A DNA stretch of 64,000 nt from Cladosporium halotolerans. Lineage: Eukaryota. The notes below the pieces were generated by a model. The model was not told the DNA's origin and did not search any database. It saw nothing but the letters and a program-made list of their open reading frames with translations. Position numbers and translations under genes: made by a program. Position 1 is the stretch's first letter; every line of letters starts with the position of its first letter. The stretch lies in contig NW_027191469.1 of the NCBI RefSeq assembly GCF_011745625.1, positions 310,001 through 374,000 on the forward strand, read 5' to 3'. This document shows positions 1 through 11,381 of this stretch, piece by piece.

Positions 1-1890
1 CCTTACCCAGTTGGTCAAGGAAACGGGACCGTGATTGCATCTTCTGGGTTCGGCACAGCAGTCTCCGGCACTGGAGTAGGCGAAGCGTCGATCCCAGTGC
101 AGACCCTTACCTCTCAACAGCCTGGCGGAGGCGCCGTCACGATCACCGTCACTCAATCTGCCGCTTCCTCTACAGAAGTCTCGCCAGAGATGAGTACCGC
201 TCCTTTGGGTAGCTCCATTTCCGATGCAGACGTGACAGGTGTTTCTGCCACTGGAACGGGTATTTCTGCTGGTGAGACGGGCGTCAGCTCCAACGGCAAC
301 TCTTCGTCCGCTGGCGTGAGCACTCTTACGAGCACTGGCCAAAACGGAGCCATCACAATCACAACTACAGTGGCTGGCGGAAGTGGCGCGTCCGGAGTCA
401 CTTCGTCTGGTGCGGCTGGCCAGACCGATAGTGCCCCGTACCCTGCACCAGAAGGGAACAACAGCATGGGCGTTGCTCCAACTGGATCTGGCTCAGCTGC
501 CACTACTTCACTCGCTACCGCATCAAATGGCCAATCCTCGGCCAGTGTCGCGGTCGCTACTGAAACCAAGTACTCAACTTCAGTCAACGGCGACTTCACA
601 AGTGTGGTCCCTATCGCAACTGAGATCCAGTACTCGACGATGATCAGCGTCGGTCAGCCCGTGACCAGCGTGGTACCGATTGGAACAGAAGTCGTCTACT
701 CTACGATGACCAAAGAAGGCGGAGCTGAGACCAGCACCGTGGCCATCGAGACAAAGACTGCATACACAACCCAAGTCACCAACTCCCCTGGCAACTCAAG
801 TGTTGTGCCGGTGTCTACTGAGACTCAATACTCGACGAGCGTTGAAGCTGGAGGATCTGGCTCTACGGTCATCCCAATTGCTACGGAGACTCAATACTCA
901 ACAGTTGTGAGCGTTGGCGAGGGACAAACAAGCCGGGTTGCCGTTTCGACCGCAATCAGCTATTCTACTATTGTCGAAGGCGGCGGTGCGCAGTCAAGTG
1001 TCGTTCCCGTCGCTACAGAGACAGCCTACGTGACTGTGACTGGAAGCAGCCCTTCTGGCTCTGTTCTGCCTATTGAGGAGCAGGGCGGCTCAGCGAACTC
1101 CTCCGTGGTACCAGTCACCACCACGGCTTACAGTACCAGCACAGACGCAGAAGGAAAGACTGCGGTTATCCCGGTGGCGACGCAAACATCGTTCTCGACC
1201 ATCATCACGCCTGGCGAGAATGTGACGTCCGTCTTCCCAATCAGCACTGCCATTCAATACTCCACCATTATTGGAGCCGGCGTTTCCGAGGCATCTGTCG
1301 TGCCTGTCGAGACAAAGACTGCTTACACCACCACCACCGGCCGCCCTTACCCATTGCCTTCGTCAAACTCGACTCTCGCTAACCCAACCGGGCCTACAGC
1401 TGGTACCGGCGTCTCCGTCGTCGCCTCTAGCAGCCTCGCCGAGGAGACATCCAGTGTGCCGACCTCTCTTGCAACTGTGCCTACTCCATCCAGCCCAGAG
1501 GAAAGCAGTGCAGAAACTGCTAGCGAAGTTCCCTCTGAAACCGCAACTGGCACGGCAAGCAGCCCTGAAGATAGTGACGGCGAAGGCAGCGCAACCCAGC
1601 CCGGCGAAGTACCTACGAGCACCGAGGTCGCTCCAGAGGAGACCAGTGCGGCGGCGGCGGAAACTCCAGCTCCATATGCCGCTCCTTCGAGTGGCGATAG
1701 CGGATCAGAGACTACTCCTGCCTCATCAGAGACTGAGGGCGAGGGCAATGAAAACCCAGCATCTTCTAGCACTGAGGCCGCTCCGGAGGAGACTAGTGCA
1801 GCGGCCAGCGAAGGAGCTCCGCCTGCTTCGTACGGCGCTCCCGCGACTTATGGGAAGAGGAGGCATGCTAGGGCGTTTGGATTGTTTTGA
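1..1890 (+). CDS. Ser/Thr-rich repetitive secreted/cell-wall protein, 5'-truncated by the window edge
   Basis: Frame is open from base 1 (PYPVGQGNGTV...). Very S/T/G/V-rich, with about nine ~21-aa repeats resembling (T/S)SVVP(I/V)ATETQYST and recurring PYP..NxS/T motifs. Ends YGKRRHARAFGLF*. Confidence 0.75.
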   Translation, partial: PYPVGQGNGTVIASSGFGTAVSGTGVGEASIPVQTLTSQQPGGGAVTITVTQSAASSTEVSPEMSTAPLGSSISDADVTGVSATGTGISAGETGVSSNGNSSSAGVSTLTSTGQNGAITITTTVAGGSGASGVTSSGAAGQTDSAPYPAPEGNNSMGVAPTGSGSAATTSLATASNGQSSASVAVATETKYSTSVNGDFTSVVPIATEIQYSTMISVGQPVTSVVPIGTEVVYSTMTKEGGAETSTVAIETKTAYTTQVTNSPGNSSVVPVSTETQYSTSVEAGGSGSTVIPIATETQYSTVVSVGEGQTSRVAVSTAISYSTIVEGGGAQSSVVPVATETAYVTVTGSSPSGSVLPIEEQGGSANSSVVPVTTTAYSTSTDAEGKTAVIPVATQTSFSTIITPGENVTSVFPISTAIQYSTIIGAGVSEASVVPVETKTAYTTTTGRPYPLPSSNSTLANPTGPTAGTGVSVVASSSLAEETSSVPTSLATVPTPSSPEESSAETASEVPSETATGTASSPEDSDGEGSATQPGEVPTSTEVAPEETSAAAAETPAPYAAPSSGDSGSETTPASSETEGEGNENPASSSTEAAPEETSAAASEGAPPASYGAPATYGKRRHARAFGLF

Positions 1891-2138
1891 GAAGTGAAGG
1901 CTGACGATTCGACGCATTGGATGGAGAGACATTGGAAGATCGCGAACAACATTTCGGAGAAGGATTCCATTTTGCCGTTTACGCGGCACCACACTCCTTT
2001 GAATTGGCTGAGAACATGTAGATATGTATGCACATACTGTTTTAGCTTTCAAGATTCAGCATTCAGTAGTGTACATTTATAGATCTTCCACAGATCGGAA
2101 GCTCCGATTACGCTCCAGTTAGCTTTTTGCTGCTGGAT

Positions 2139-2492
2139 TCACCGCCAACAACCCAGCAGATCTATCAGGGGGTCGTATACGCGATCATCTGCCACTTCAG
2201 CTTCACCACCTAAAGGCGCATTTTGTGCAGAGTCGCCAGCCTTTCCACCTTCACGCGCTTCCTTGGCCTCTCCGTTGCCAGTATCTGCTGTCTGACTGGG
2301 TTCCTCGGCAGTTGCATCGCCCGACTGTGCGGCCACTGACTCAGGCTCTTCCTTTGCTGAGTCCTTCGGATCTTCGTGTAGTTTTGTTCCAAAGATAGTT
2401 TTCCCCGAGGTATAATCTGCCCAAGCCGTTAGTCTATCCCTTTCCTCCCTCTCCTTGATCAACGTACCCGCAAAAAGCACGTCCCAGTCCAT
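2139..2492 (-). CDS. Hypothetical acidic/low-complexity ORF, possibly a terminal exon or a separate small gene
   Basis: 117-aa ORF with E/K/A-rich, protein-like composition. No family motif, and its splice link to the upstream gene is unresolved. Confidence 0.3.
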   Translation of the reverse strand: MDWDVLFAGTLIKEREERDRLTAWADYTSGKTIFGTKLHEDPKDSAKEEPESVAAQSGDATAEEPSQTADTGNGEAKEAREGGKAGDSAQNAPLGGEAEVADDRVYDPLIDLLGCWR

Positions 2493-2822
2493 GATATGCT
2501 TGGTATCTCCAGGTGTACCGGCTTGTGCGGGTGTTCTTGAGATAGATTTTCTGGAAGGTGGTGTTTGCGATATGGGAGGAACGCGTTGAAATTGGCATTG
2601 TTCTCATATGAGAGGAGTATAATGCTGACAGAAATTCACCGTTGACACCTACAGTCAATGAAGTAACATGGTTATCTGTTGTTTGTGACGCAATAGTTTT
2701 GGGGGATATGTTTGCCGATGAAGGAAAATCTAGACAAGAGTGTTTAGGAAATGGCTAATGAACGACTTGGGTTTGACTTGCCTTGCCTGTTGTATAGGAC
2801 GCTACGATACTTACCTTTCGGA

Positions 2823-4244
2823 TCACGAATGAGACATCCAGCAGAACGCCAGGCGCTTTGCCACCGACATGGTGTCCCGCCCTGGCGCAGCCTCGCGAAC
2901 AACACGATCGAAGAGCGTATTGGCACTCCATATCGTAAAAGTATCGAATCCCATTCTTCGACCCTGTGCACCAGAGTACAACTTCTGCGATGAAACGACA
3001 TTTACGCCAAAGGGACTGTTGCGCTGGAAGTTGTCGACCACATTTTGGATCCGTAGAGCTTCGAGGCCAATGTACTCACCTGCCTCGAGACTAATCCTAG
3101 TACGGACCGCACCTCCCGCACAACCGTCGTAATGCGCGACTGACCGGCGAGTGCGGTAGTAGGCGATATGGCCAGGAGTACAGCCGATCGCCTCCATCAG
3201 GTTGAAGATGCTGAAGTCGTGGTTCCACGCGTTTGCGCAGAGCGCGAAGACCTCTTTCGCGCTGGCGGTATTGCAAAACTGCACAACGTTAGCAACGAGT
3301 ACGACCCATGCTTGGATGTCCAAGAAGTGTAACGTGCTTTCATGTTGCCGCCACTCCACGGTACCAGTTGCCATGGCCGGATTTGAAAAGTTGCTCGAGA
3401 CGCAGTTGTCGAAATTAAGCACCGAGTTGTGGGCATCCACGTAGCGAGGTCCCATGATGCTCGGGACTTCAACTTGGAACATGCTGCTGATCTCGTCGTA
3501 TGAGTTGCAGAGCTCGATGTTCTGCAGCCAATGGAACACTGTCGGGTCACCTTCGATGTTGACCTCGCTCGCAGCATGAGTGTGAAACCAGCTCAAAGGG
3601 GCGTTGAAATGCTTCGGCTTGTTGTACGAGGCGCCGTCACCTGGCAGAATCCTTGAAGTTGTATGCAGCTGATCGAAGCATCTCTCCAGCGCCGTAGCCA
3701 CCTGAAAGACATTCTTGCACGCCTTCAGAGGCACGAACTCGTCGCCAAAGCCGATGTGGACGTGGAACCCGCAGGTCTGATTGGTCACTACGAGGCACCC
3801 GAAATCGCGAAGCTGATTCACAGTCTCCAGGACCGAAGCAACTTCTTGTTGCCAATTCTCGTCAGCAAAGCTGAGCTTCCGAGACGAAATCTCAACGGGC
3901 TCCTCGGTATACCCAGGAGGCAAACGCTTGTACTCAGCATCTGTCAGGCTATGGCAGTCCTTACTGATGTTCCAACGGGAGAAGCGCGGCGCTCCATGCA
4001 TAGGGGAATAGAGGGATTCTGTCGGAATGCCTTTCTTGTTCATGAGATGGGTCAAAGCCTTGACAGCATTCGACATGCCCTCCAGGCAGAGACGATTGAA
4101 GCATCCGGTCGGCCAAATGACCACGAATTCCAGCTCGATGCCAAACGTCATGTGATCAAGGTCCAACTTCGAATTAACAGTTCCCTGGCTTCCAGTGTTA
4201 GTATTGCTCAGGCGACCAGCGCCTTGAGCCTGTTTGTTGGCCAT
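2823..4244 (-). CDS. Putative amidoligase enzyme (Amidoligase_2 / COOH-NH2 ligase-type)
   Basis: Motifs TFGIELEF, VEISSRKL, TCGFHVHIG and TVEWRQHESTL, in the order typical of this family. Confidence 0.8.
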   Translation of the reverse strand: MANKQAQGAGRLSNTNTGSQGTVNSKLDLDHMTFGIELEFVVIWPTGCFNRLCLEGMSNAVKALTHLMNKKGIPTESLYSPMHGAPRFSRWNISKDCHSLTDAEYKRLPPGYTEEPVEISSRKLSFADENWQQEVASVLETVNQLRDFGCLVVTNQTCGFHVHIGFGDEFVPLKACKNVFQVATALERCFDQLHTTSRILPGDGASYNKPKHFNAPLSWFHTHAASEVNIEGDPTVFHWLQNIELCNSYDEISSMFQVEVPSIMGPRYVDAHNSVLNFDNCVSSNFSNPAMATGTVEWRQHESTLHFLDIQAWVVLVANVVQFCNTASAKEVFALCANAWNHDFSIFNLMEAIGCTPGHIAYYRTRRSVAHYDGCAGGAVRTRISLEAGEYIGLEALRIQNVVDNFQRNSPFGVNVVSSQKLYSGAQGRRMGFDTFTIWSANTLFDRVVREAAPGRDTMSVAKRLAFCWMSHS

Positions 4245-5130
4245 GCCAAAGATCGATTTCCAAGGAGTAGGGGCAAGGATTGAGGGCAGAACCTTGTTTG
4301 AGCAACCTTTCCCTGGAAATGCCTTTGGGAATCGTGACGGATTTCCAATCCAGCTTGTCGAAAACGCAACCTCATATAGACCTGCAACGTGGTGGAAGGA
4401 ACAAAGGAAAGCAGAGAAATCCCATTGTCATGGACAAAGAGGCACTAACCGGGACAATGGCTTTGTGCTTTTCCCTTCAAAGAAAGCTGAATTGGCGGTC
4501 CAGTGTATCCAGATCGCCTGGGCGGATGAGCCAGTAGGAGGTGTCTTTCTGTGGGAAAGTGAAGACGAGATTACGCCCATCATGATAACATGACGGCAGA
4601 AGCGGATGATCTGAGTGAGCTTGGCCACGCAATATGGATAGAGTGAGACACATCATGGTATTTAGAGTAGATCAAAGAACTCATCGACAACAGCTAATCG
4701 GCGGTGTTAGCAGCGCGATAGATGTAGACAATCATCGGAGTGAAATTGAGCGCGTTGAGGGAAGACCATGAGCGGCTCGACATGGCCACAGACGCCGCGA
4801 CGAGTTGACGCGAGGTGGTTATTCCGTTCGTGTGAGGTGTACGTTATGGCATAAGACCAGCATAAAGCGTTTACGATTGCTTCGTTGAGCCATGACGTGC
4901 GCGAAGAGTTGAGCCGATTTCATGAGGCTTGATGAGGCGTGGTGAATGCCCCGCCGCGTTTGTCCAAGCTCTCGGCGTTTGATGGCAGGCTGCCACCGCA
5001 GCACATCACTTCGCATGCAGCGCGTGTCTCGTGCATCAGCCACGCCGCGACCTCTGATGAGATGGATTTGAGTTATCTCACTTACTGATGCTCTAACACA
5101 TTATTGCAACCGCCAAGTGGTACTACCAGC

Positions 5131-6918
5131 ATGTCGCAAGTGCCCGAGAAGGTCCTCTCGTGGCTGTATAGCGTGCTTCACGTACGACCAGTCCCATGAT
5201 CTTTCACGGACAATGCGCTCACACTTGCGCAGGAATACCAAGACCCACAACGTACCTATTCCGATGCCGCGCGCACACTATCAGCCTTTCCCTCTCTGGA
5301 CCCACGGACCGAAGTCTACACGTATGAGAATGGCACATCAGCATTGCTGCTGACCGTCTCGGGGACATTGCCTGTTGATTTTCGCGGAGCCACCTACCGC
5401 TTTCCAGTAAAGCTATGGGTCCCGCAAGCCTACCCGCAAGAGTCGCCTATAGCCTATGTTACTCCTGGGAAAGATATGTTGGTGCGACCTGGGCAGCATG
5501 TTGGCGTCGAGGGAAGAGTGTATCATCCATATTTAAGAGATTGGAGCGGCATGTGGGACAGAGCGAATATTGCCGATTTCCTAAGCTACCTTCAGCAAGC
5601 CTTTGCAAGAGAACCACCACTTGTGAGCAGGATGCAGCAGCAACAGTTGCAACGGCCCTCAGGACAACAGCAAATACCCAATGGAAGCCCTGCGCCGCCG
5701 CAACTACCTCCTAAACAGCGACCAGGCAGCATTGCGCCTGTTGAGATGCCGAGCGCAAACACACCTCCGCCAAGGCCTCCAAAACCTGGCGATGAGAGCA
5801 TTATCAGAGGCCCGTCACGCAACATCGCTGTAGATGGGCCACCGCTACCGCCTTTGCCTGGTCAAGCCCCTCAAACCGCGCAACATTCGACCGGCTATGG
5901 CGCAAATGCGGCACGTCCACCTCATACGGCGGTAGAGCCTAGCCAGTATCCGAATGGCCATCCAACCAGGCAATCCCAGTCCCCGATGCCGGCCCTACCT
6001 CAACACGTACAGTACCAACAGCAAAATTTGGGCAACGAGTTGAGTCCAGTCTCGCCGGTAACGCCTCCACATACAAACATGCGCACGTCAACCGGCAACC
6101 GGTACTCATATCCTCCTCCTTTACCACCGCAAACGCAGGGGCAACCTCTTCAGCAGCAACCCCCAATGCCTGCCCAGCATTTGCCATACCAGCAACAGCA
6201 GCCATTTCAACAGCAACCACTGCCGTATCGTCCTTCCCAACAACATGATGCACCACCTCAATTCAACCCAGCAAGCCAAAATTTCGTTGCAAACCCAACA
6301 CCACACCCGGCGCCGCAACCGAAAAAGCAGGCAGCTCCAGACTTACTCTCGGATCCCTTCGAAGTCGCTCTACCATCAAGCTCAAGCTCGTCAATGCCCG
6401 CGCCACCCATACCTCCAAATCCGGAGAAAGAGCACCTTCTCCAGGCAATTTCAACCTCCTTAGTCCAACAGACCCACCAGAAAGTCAACCAAAACCTTTC
6501 CGCGCTCGCCCCCCTCCAAGCCCAGCAGAACGCTCTCCGCGCCGCCCACGCGCGCCTGGAAGCCGAAATATCATCGCTTCAAGCGCTCGACGCGACGCTC
6601 TCGTCCAACGAGAGCATCCTGCATCGCAGCATCCAGGAATGTAACCAGACCATTGCGGAGGCGAAGAGCAAGAAGCAGCCGCCTATTGATGAAGTGCTTG
6701 TCGCCCCGACGCTGGTCGCCCAGCAGCTTTGGACGCTGACGGCTGAGGAGGCAGCCTGTCGCGAGGCGATGTATGTGCTGCAGAAGGCGGTGGATCGCGG
6801 GAGAGTCAGTGGAAGTGACTTTGTTAGGCAGATGAGGGGCTTGGGGAGGGAGTGCTTCTTGAAGATGGTGCTGGCGAGGAAATGCGCGAGGGGGCTGGGG
6901 TTAGATGTTGAGAGGTAG
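5131..6918 (+). CDS. vps23: ESCRT-I subunit Vps23/TSG101 (UEV domain, Pro/Gln-rich linker, coiled coil, SB domain); intron 5182-5232
   Basis: Spliced N-terminus MSQVPEKVLSWLYSVLH|EYQDPQRTYSD. UEV motifs GTLPVDFRGATYRFPV, WVPQAYPQESP and GRVYHPYL. C-terminal steadiness box QQLWTLTAEEAAC...FVRQMRGLGRECF. Confidence 0.93.
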
Positions 6919-7512
6919 AGTTGTAGACCAAATGAAACATCTACTCACGTGATTTGCTTTAATTCAGTACGATACGACAGTGAATACCGGACATATACGA
7001 CATCCTCTCCTGGCCTGTCATCATGTGTGTCCGAGCGAGAACCACGACTTAGACTGGAGTGACCCTGATGTCTTCGCCAACAAATGCGACGAGACACTAC
7101 TGCCGATCCTATTCACCGTGCAAGTCTCCCCCCAAGATCCCTCACCAAGCCCCAACATAAAACGCTCAATCCTATCGCCTAATAAACGCAAACCTTACAC
7201 GAGCCTATAATGAACTCGACATAAGGGCACGTATATTCATTTATCTGGGACGCCGCCAGCCTTCCGAGAGTCTCCAGCAATGTGGGTCCTTGGATTGTCG
7301 GTCGCTTCGGATGGAAGTCCGGGTCCACAACATAACATCATGGGCGGAAGTGTAAATCCTGGCACGTCCGAAAAATCGTAGTGTGACTTGTTGAAGGGCA
7401 GAATTGGGAACTGATGATTGGTATTTACTGTAACAAATCTATTGCTATCTCTGTATATTTCATTTAAAGCATAAAACGTAAAAAGAATCAACGCGACCCT
7501 ACCTGAAGGAAG

Positions 7513-7545
<33 letters not shown>
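7513..7545 (+). repeat. (CAAT)8 microsatellite about 40 bp upstream of the SET gene ATG
   Basis: Perfect tandem caat repeat read directly from the sequence. Confidence 0.95.
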
Positions 7546-7546
<1 letters not shown>

Positions 7547-7585
7547 ATTGAAAGAAAAATCTTCAAAGAAGAATCACCACAAACC

Positions 7586-8551
7586 ATGGGCTCCCTAGAC
7601 ACCACACCAGCCTACAAGCAGCAAGCCATCGAAGGCAAAGGACAAGGCCTGGTCGCCACACGCTCCCTCAAACCAGGCGATTTGATCCTCAGCGAGCCCC
7701 CGCTCTTCACGACCGCCTCCCTCACCAACCCAGCCACCTTCGAGAAAGACCTGGGGGCAATCGTCAAGGGCCTCCCCAAAGACGGCCAGCGCGCCTTCCT
7801 CTCCCTGCACAACAACAACCCAGGCTCCGACCCTTTCAGCAACATCGTGCGCTCCAACGGCTACCCGCTCGGCCCCGACAGCGATGTCGGCGCCATCTTC
7901 CCGCTCGTTGCGCGCCTGAACCATGCCTGTAGGCCAAACGCGCAACATACGTGGAACGCCAAACGGGGCGTGGAGGTCGTGCACGCTGTGAGAGAGGTCA
8001 AGGAGGGGGAGGAGCTTACTCTGTCGTACTCCATGGGTGGACCGTCGGAAGAGCGCCGGGGCAGCCTGGAGGCGTACTTCGGGTTCGACTGCAAGTGCGA
8101 GGTGTGCTCGCTGCCGCAAGCAGAGCTCGAAGCGAGCGACGCCCGGTTGCGCGAGGCGCAGAAGCTCGACGAGGCGATTGGGGATCCCAGGCGCGTTCGC
8201 CACTTGCCTGAGCGCGCGCTGGCGGACTGCAAGGCTCTTCTGGGCGTGTATCGCGAGGAGGGAATTTTCGACCTAAGGTTGCCTAGACTTGACTACGATG
8301 CTTTCCAGATTGCAGCGATGCACTCAGATGCTGCGAGGGCGAGTGCGTTCGCTAAGCTGTGTGCTGAAGCGAGGACGGTGTGTGAAGGGGAGGAGAGTGA
8401 GGAGGTAGTGAACATGAGGGCATTGGAGGCGAAGCCTGCGAGTTTCCCGAATTGGGGGGCGACGAAGAAGTGGAAGAGCAAGATTGAGGATGTGCCCAAG
8501 GATGCAGATGCGAACGCTTTCGAGAAGTGGCTGTGGAAGGAGGCGGCTTGA
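7586..8551 (+). CDS. SET-domain lysine methyltransferase (Set5/SMYD-like, helical C-terminus)
   Basis: GKGQGLVATR, RLNHACRPN, GEELTLSY and post-SET FDCKCEVC motifs. Confidence 0.92.
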   Translation: MGSLDTTPAYKQQAIEGKGQGLVATRSLKPGDLILSEPPLFTTASLTNPATFEKDLGAIVKGLPKDGQRAFLSLHNNNPGSDPFSNIVRSNGYPLGPDSDVGAIFPLVARLNHACRPNAQHTWNAKRGVEVVHAVREVKEGEELTLSYSMGGPSEERRGSLEAYFGFDCKCEVCSLPQAELEASDARLREAQKLDEAIGDPRRVRHLPERALADCKALLGVYREEGIFDLRLPRLDYDAFQIAAMHSDAARASAFAKLCAEARTVCEGEESEEVVNMRALEAKPASFPNWGATKKWKSKIEDVPKDADANAFEKWLWKEAA

Positions 8552-11381
8552 GGTTGCCAAAGGCTGTTGGATTCAATGAAATATGATGAATGAATGGACG
8601 TGGAGATTGCCAGTCATTGGCGACTGTGTCGAGAGAGATTGCATTGCCATGTGTCTTCGCGATCTAGACAGCTGGTATTAGAGCGTGTCGGTGTTGGTGT
8701 CGATGCCACTGGCCGGAAGTTGAAAGCTCACGTGACGTGCGAGCGACTTCACGTCTCTCAGAACAGGACGGCACGCAACCTGTGAACCGTAAGTTAGTCG
8801 GCGATCTCTCGCTGCGGACGTGTGTTAGATTAATAACTTCAAGGTGGGCGAAATTGTCAAGGACCTAAGCTTTGCTGTTTGCGTGGGATCGCGGGTCGGG
8901 AGGCTTGCTCGATCTACGCGGTCCGCGAGGAGAAATGAGCCTTCCTTACTAGTGTGCCCATTCCGCTGGTGCTTGTCAGCGGTCTTACTCAGGGGTTCAG
9001 CCCTGCGGTTTCTGCACTTTTGTCAGGTGAGCGGCTGTCTTCACGTTCGGTGGTCGACTCCGAAAAGTGAAATTCAGCTCGTCCGACAGGAGTAATTCGT
9101 CGGGGTTCAAAAAGCCGCCGCGTAACCAGCGGTTTGCAGATCGCAGGGTAATTGAATGTTTTCATCATTTGGCGGTAGGAGATCCATCTTTCGAAAGCTG
9201 CAGGTCTTGAATCGCCGGTCGATGTGACGAACTCCTTTCCCCCTGTTTGGACTAGGGACGAACCCCAACTAAGCCGCACGTGGCTGCAAGGATTTCCTCA
9301 CAGCATTCTGATGCGCTCGATCGAGAACGAAGGGCGTTGGGAGACGTTGAATGCGGTGAAGAAGCCGACGTCTGCAAAACCAGCCTGGCCACAGATTTTG
9401 GAGCCGTGGGAGCATGGGGAGAGAAAGTGCTTGCGCTTCAAAGAGAGGTTTGAAGCTTAGCGACTCGTGTTACACTCCCATTGATAGGTCAGGCCACGAG
9501 TTTGCGGAGCTTCGAGTCAGCAAGCCCCCCGGCAGAAAGCTGCCATTGGCGACTGCGCGGGCCGGGAATCGCGTGGTTGTACTGCGCGGGTACTAAGGTT
9601 TCGGACCGCGTGATCAGGCCCCCTGAAACCTGGGAGGCGCCTTTTCCATGTGTTAGAGGGCCCAGCTTGATTATGTTATGGGTTCGGCAGTAGCGAGAAA
9701 GCTTCCCGCGAGAGAGCCGTTTGGCTGACGGCTTATTGACCTCGAAACCGAAGACAGGCGGAATGGCGTATGTAAGGTACAGTAACTATCGTGCCTTGAA
9801 TGGGCAAGGGCATCTCGCTTCTTCCGGTAGTCTGCCGCGGTCAATCTATTATACCTTGATAGGGTTGCATTGCTGGTCGCAGCCAAGCTGGAAGTGATAA
9901 CTCCGCGTATTATGATCGTTATCACGGCGCAACCTTCCGCATGTGATAGGTTGAATTCGAGCAGCACCAGCGCCGTGATCGCAGCGCGCTCCTCGCGCCA
10001 CGTGCCCCCCGGCGGTGGTGCAGTAAAGGATACATGATACATGGTACGGCAGTACGAATGGCTCAGCGCGTGCATTACATTGCATGTGCCGCGATCTGGT
10101 GGCTGGGCTGCGCGGCGGCACCCATGGCCCCCCCTGAAAACGTGGCGGTGGAGGTGCACGAGTAAGTGGCATGCCAATGGCTCTGCCAGGCCGGCGGGCA
10201 GATTCCGGCGACTTCGTGACGGGGAACGCCCATTACTCGAAGGGAGCTCCCAGTCGTCGCACCGGCCGGATGGTAGTGGAGGAGACAAAGTCAAGAGTCA
10301 GCGGGCTCGGGTGATGTACTAGTGACTGCTGAAAGTAGCATTGATTAGGGCCTGCAGAAGGCCGCAAAAACTCTGGCCCAGAGCCGCTGGAGGAACTTGC
10401 CCGCCTCGCCGTCTCCCCGCCGCGCCGTCAGCTGTTGATCTCAATCGAAAGCTTGGGACCTTGTGAGGGCGAGCCAGCGCGGCGGAAGCATACGTGGTGG
10501 GCGGAAGGGCTCCCTGGCCTCCTCCCTGCCCGTCCGTCGCGCCGTCAATGCCCGCCGCGGTCCCGGCACGTGAGGAGGTATCATTGTTTGTATTGTAGAG
10601 TAGGAGAGCGCCTCAGTCCCCAGTGCCGGAGCGCGGCCACGGCAGCAGCAGGCCCTGCTCCCTTCTTCAACCCACCGCCCCCCTTCCCTCCCACGCGTCC
10701 ACCCACCCACCTCACTTACTCGCCGCGCCGTGCCCGTCGGCCCTTCGTTCTGGAAGCGTCTAAACGCGCACTTGTCTCGCCGCCGGCGCCGCGCTGCCTG
10801 CTGCCCTTCGCCGATTCCCGTCCACGTTTGCGGGGACTAACACTAGCCCGCCCCGTTCAAGGTCCGCGCAGCCGCATCCGCCCAGCTAGCCGACTTCGAA
10901 CCCTCCTGCGGCCGCCGCTGGCAGGAGCAAAGAGCGAGCCAACTTCCTCCGCCTTCAGCTCCTTGTCCGACGACCTCACCTCCCTCCCAAACCCCCCTCA
11001 CCTCCGACTCCTCCGCCGTCGCCTTCGCACCGCTGAGGCCGCGGTACCACCTCTCCGCCTCCCGTGTGCCACCGACCTCCTCCTGTGAGCCCCGTCCACG
11101 CTGCGGCCACAAGCGCGAGCGACTCCCTCGACGCGGCATCCGGCGTCGCACCGCAGCCTGCTCCACCGCGCTGCACTGCTCCAGGGTCGCTCCTAGGCTT
11201 CTGGCGCGCCGTTTCCCGCCCGCTGCACCCTCGCTGCCAGCATTGACGCAGCTCTGCACGTCTTCCTCGCATCCCCAACCTTCGACGGCTACGCCAGCAG
11301 CATTATCGCCGGTCCGCCGGTCGAAGATCGCATTCACTCAGCTTCAACTCGACAGATCCGCCGGATCGTTGTATGTTCGCC

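Noticed and set aside
8844..9700. Short ORFs between the SET gene and G-alpha
   Set aside because: No motifs or consistent splice model found.
10435..11340. Several 100-240-aa Pro/Arg-rich ORFs upstream of G-alpha
   Set aside because: C-rich promoter/5'-UTR sequence with non-ATG starts and no motifs.
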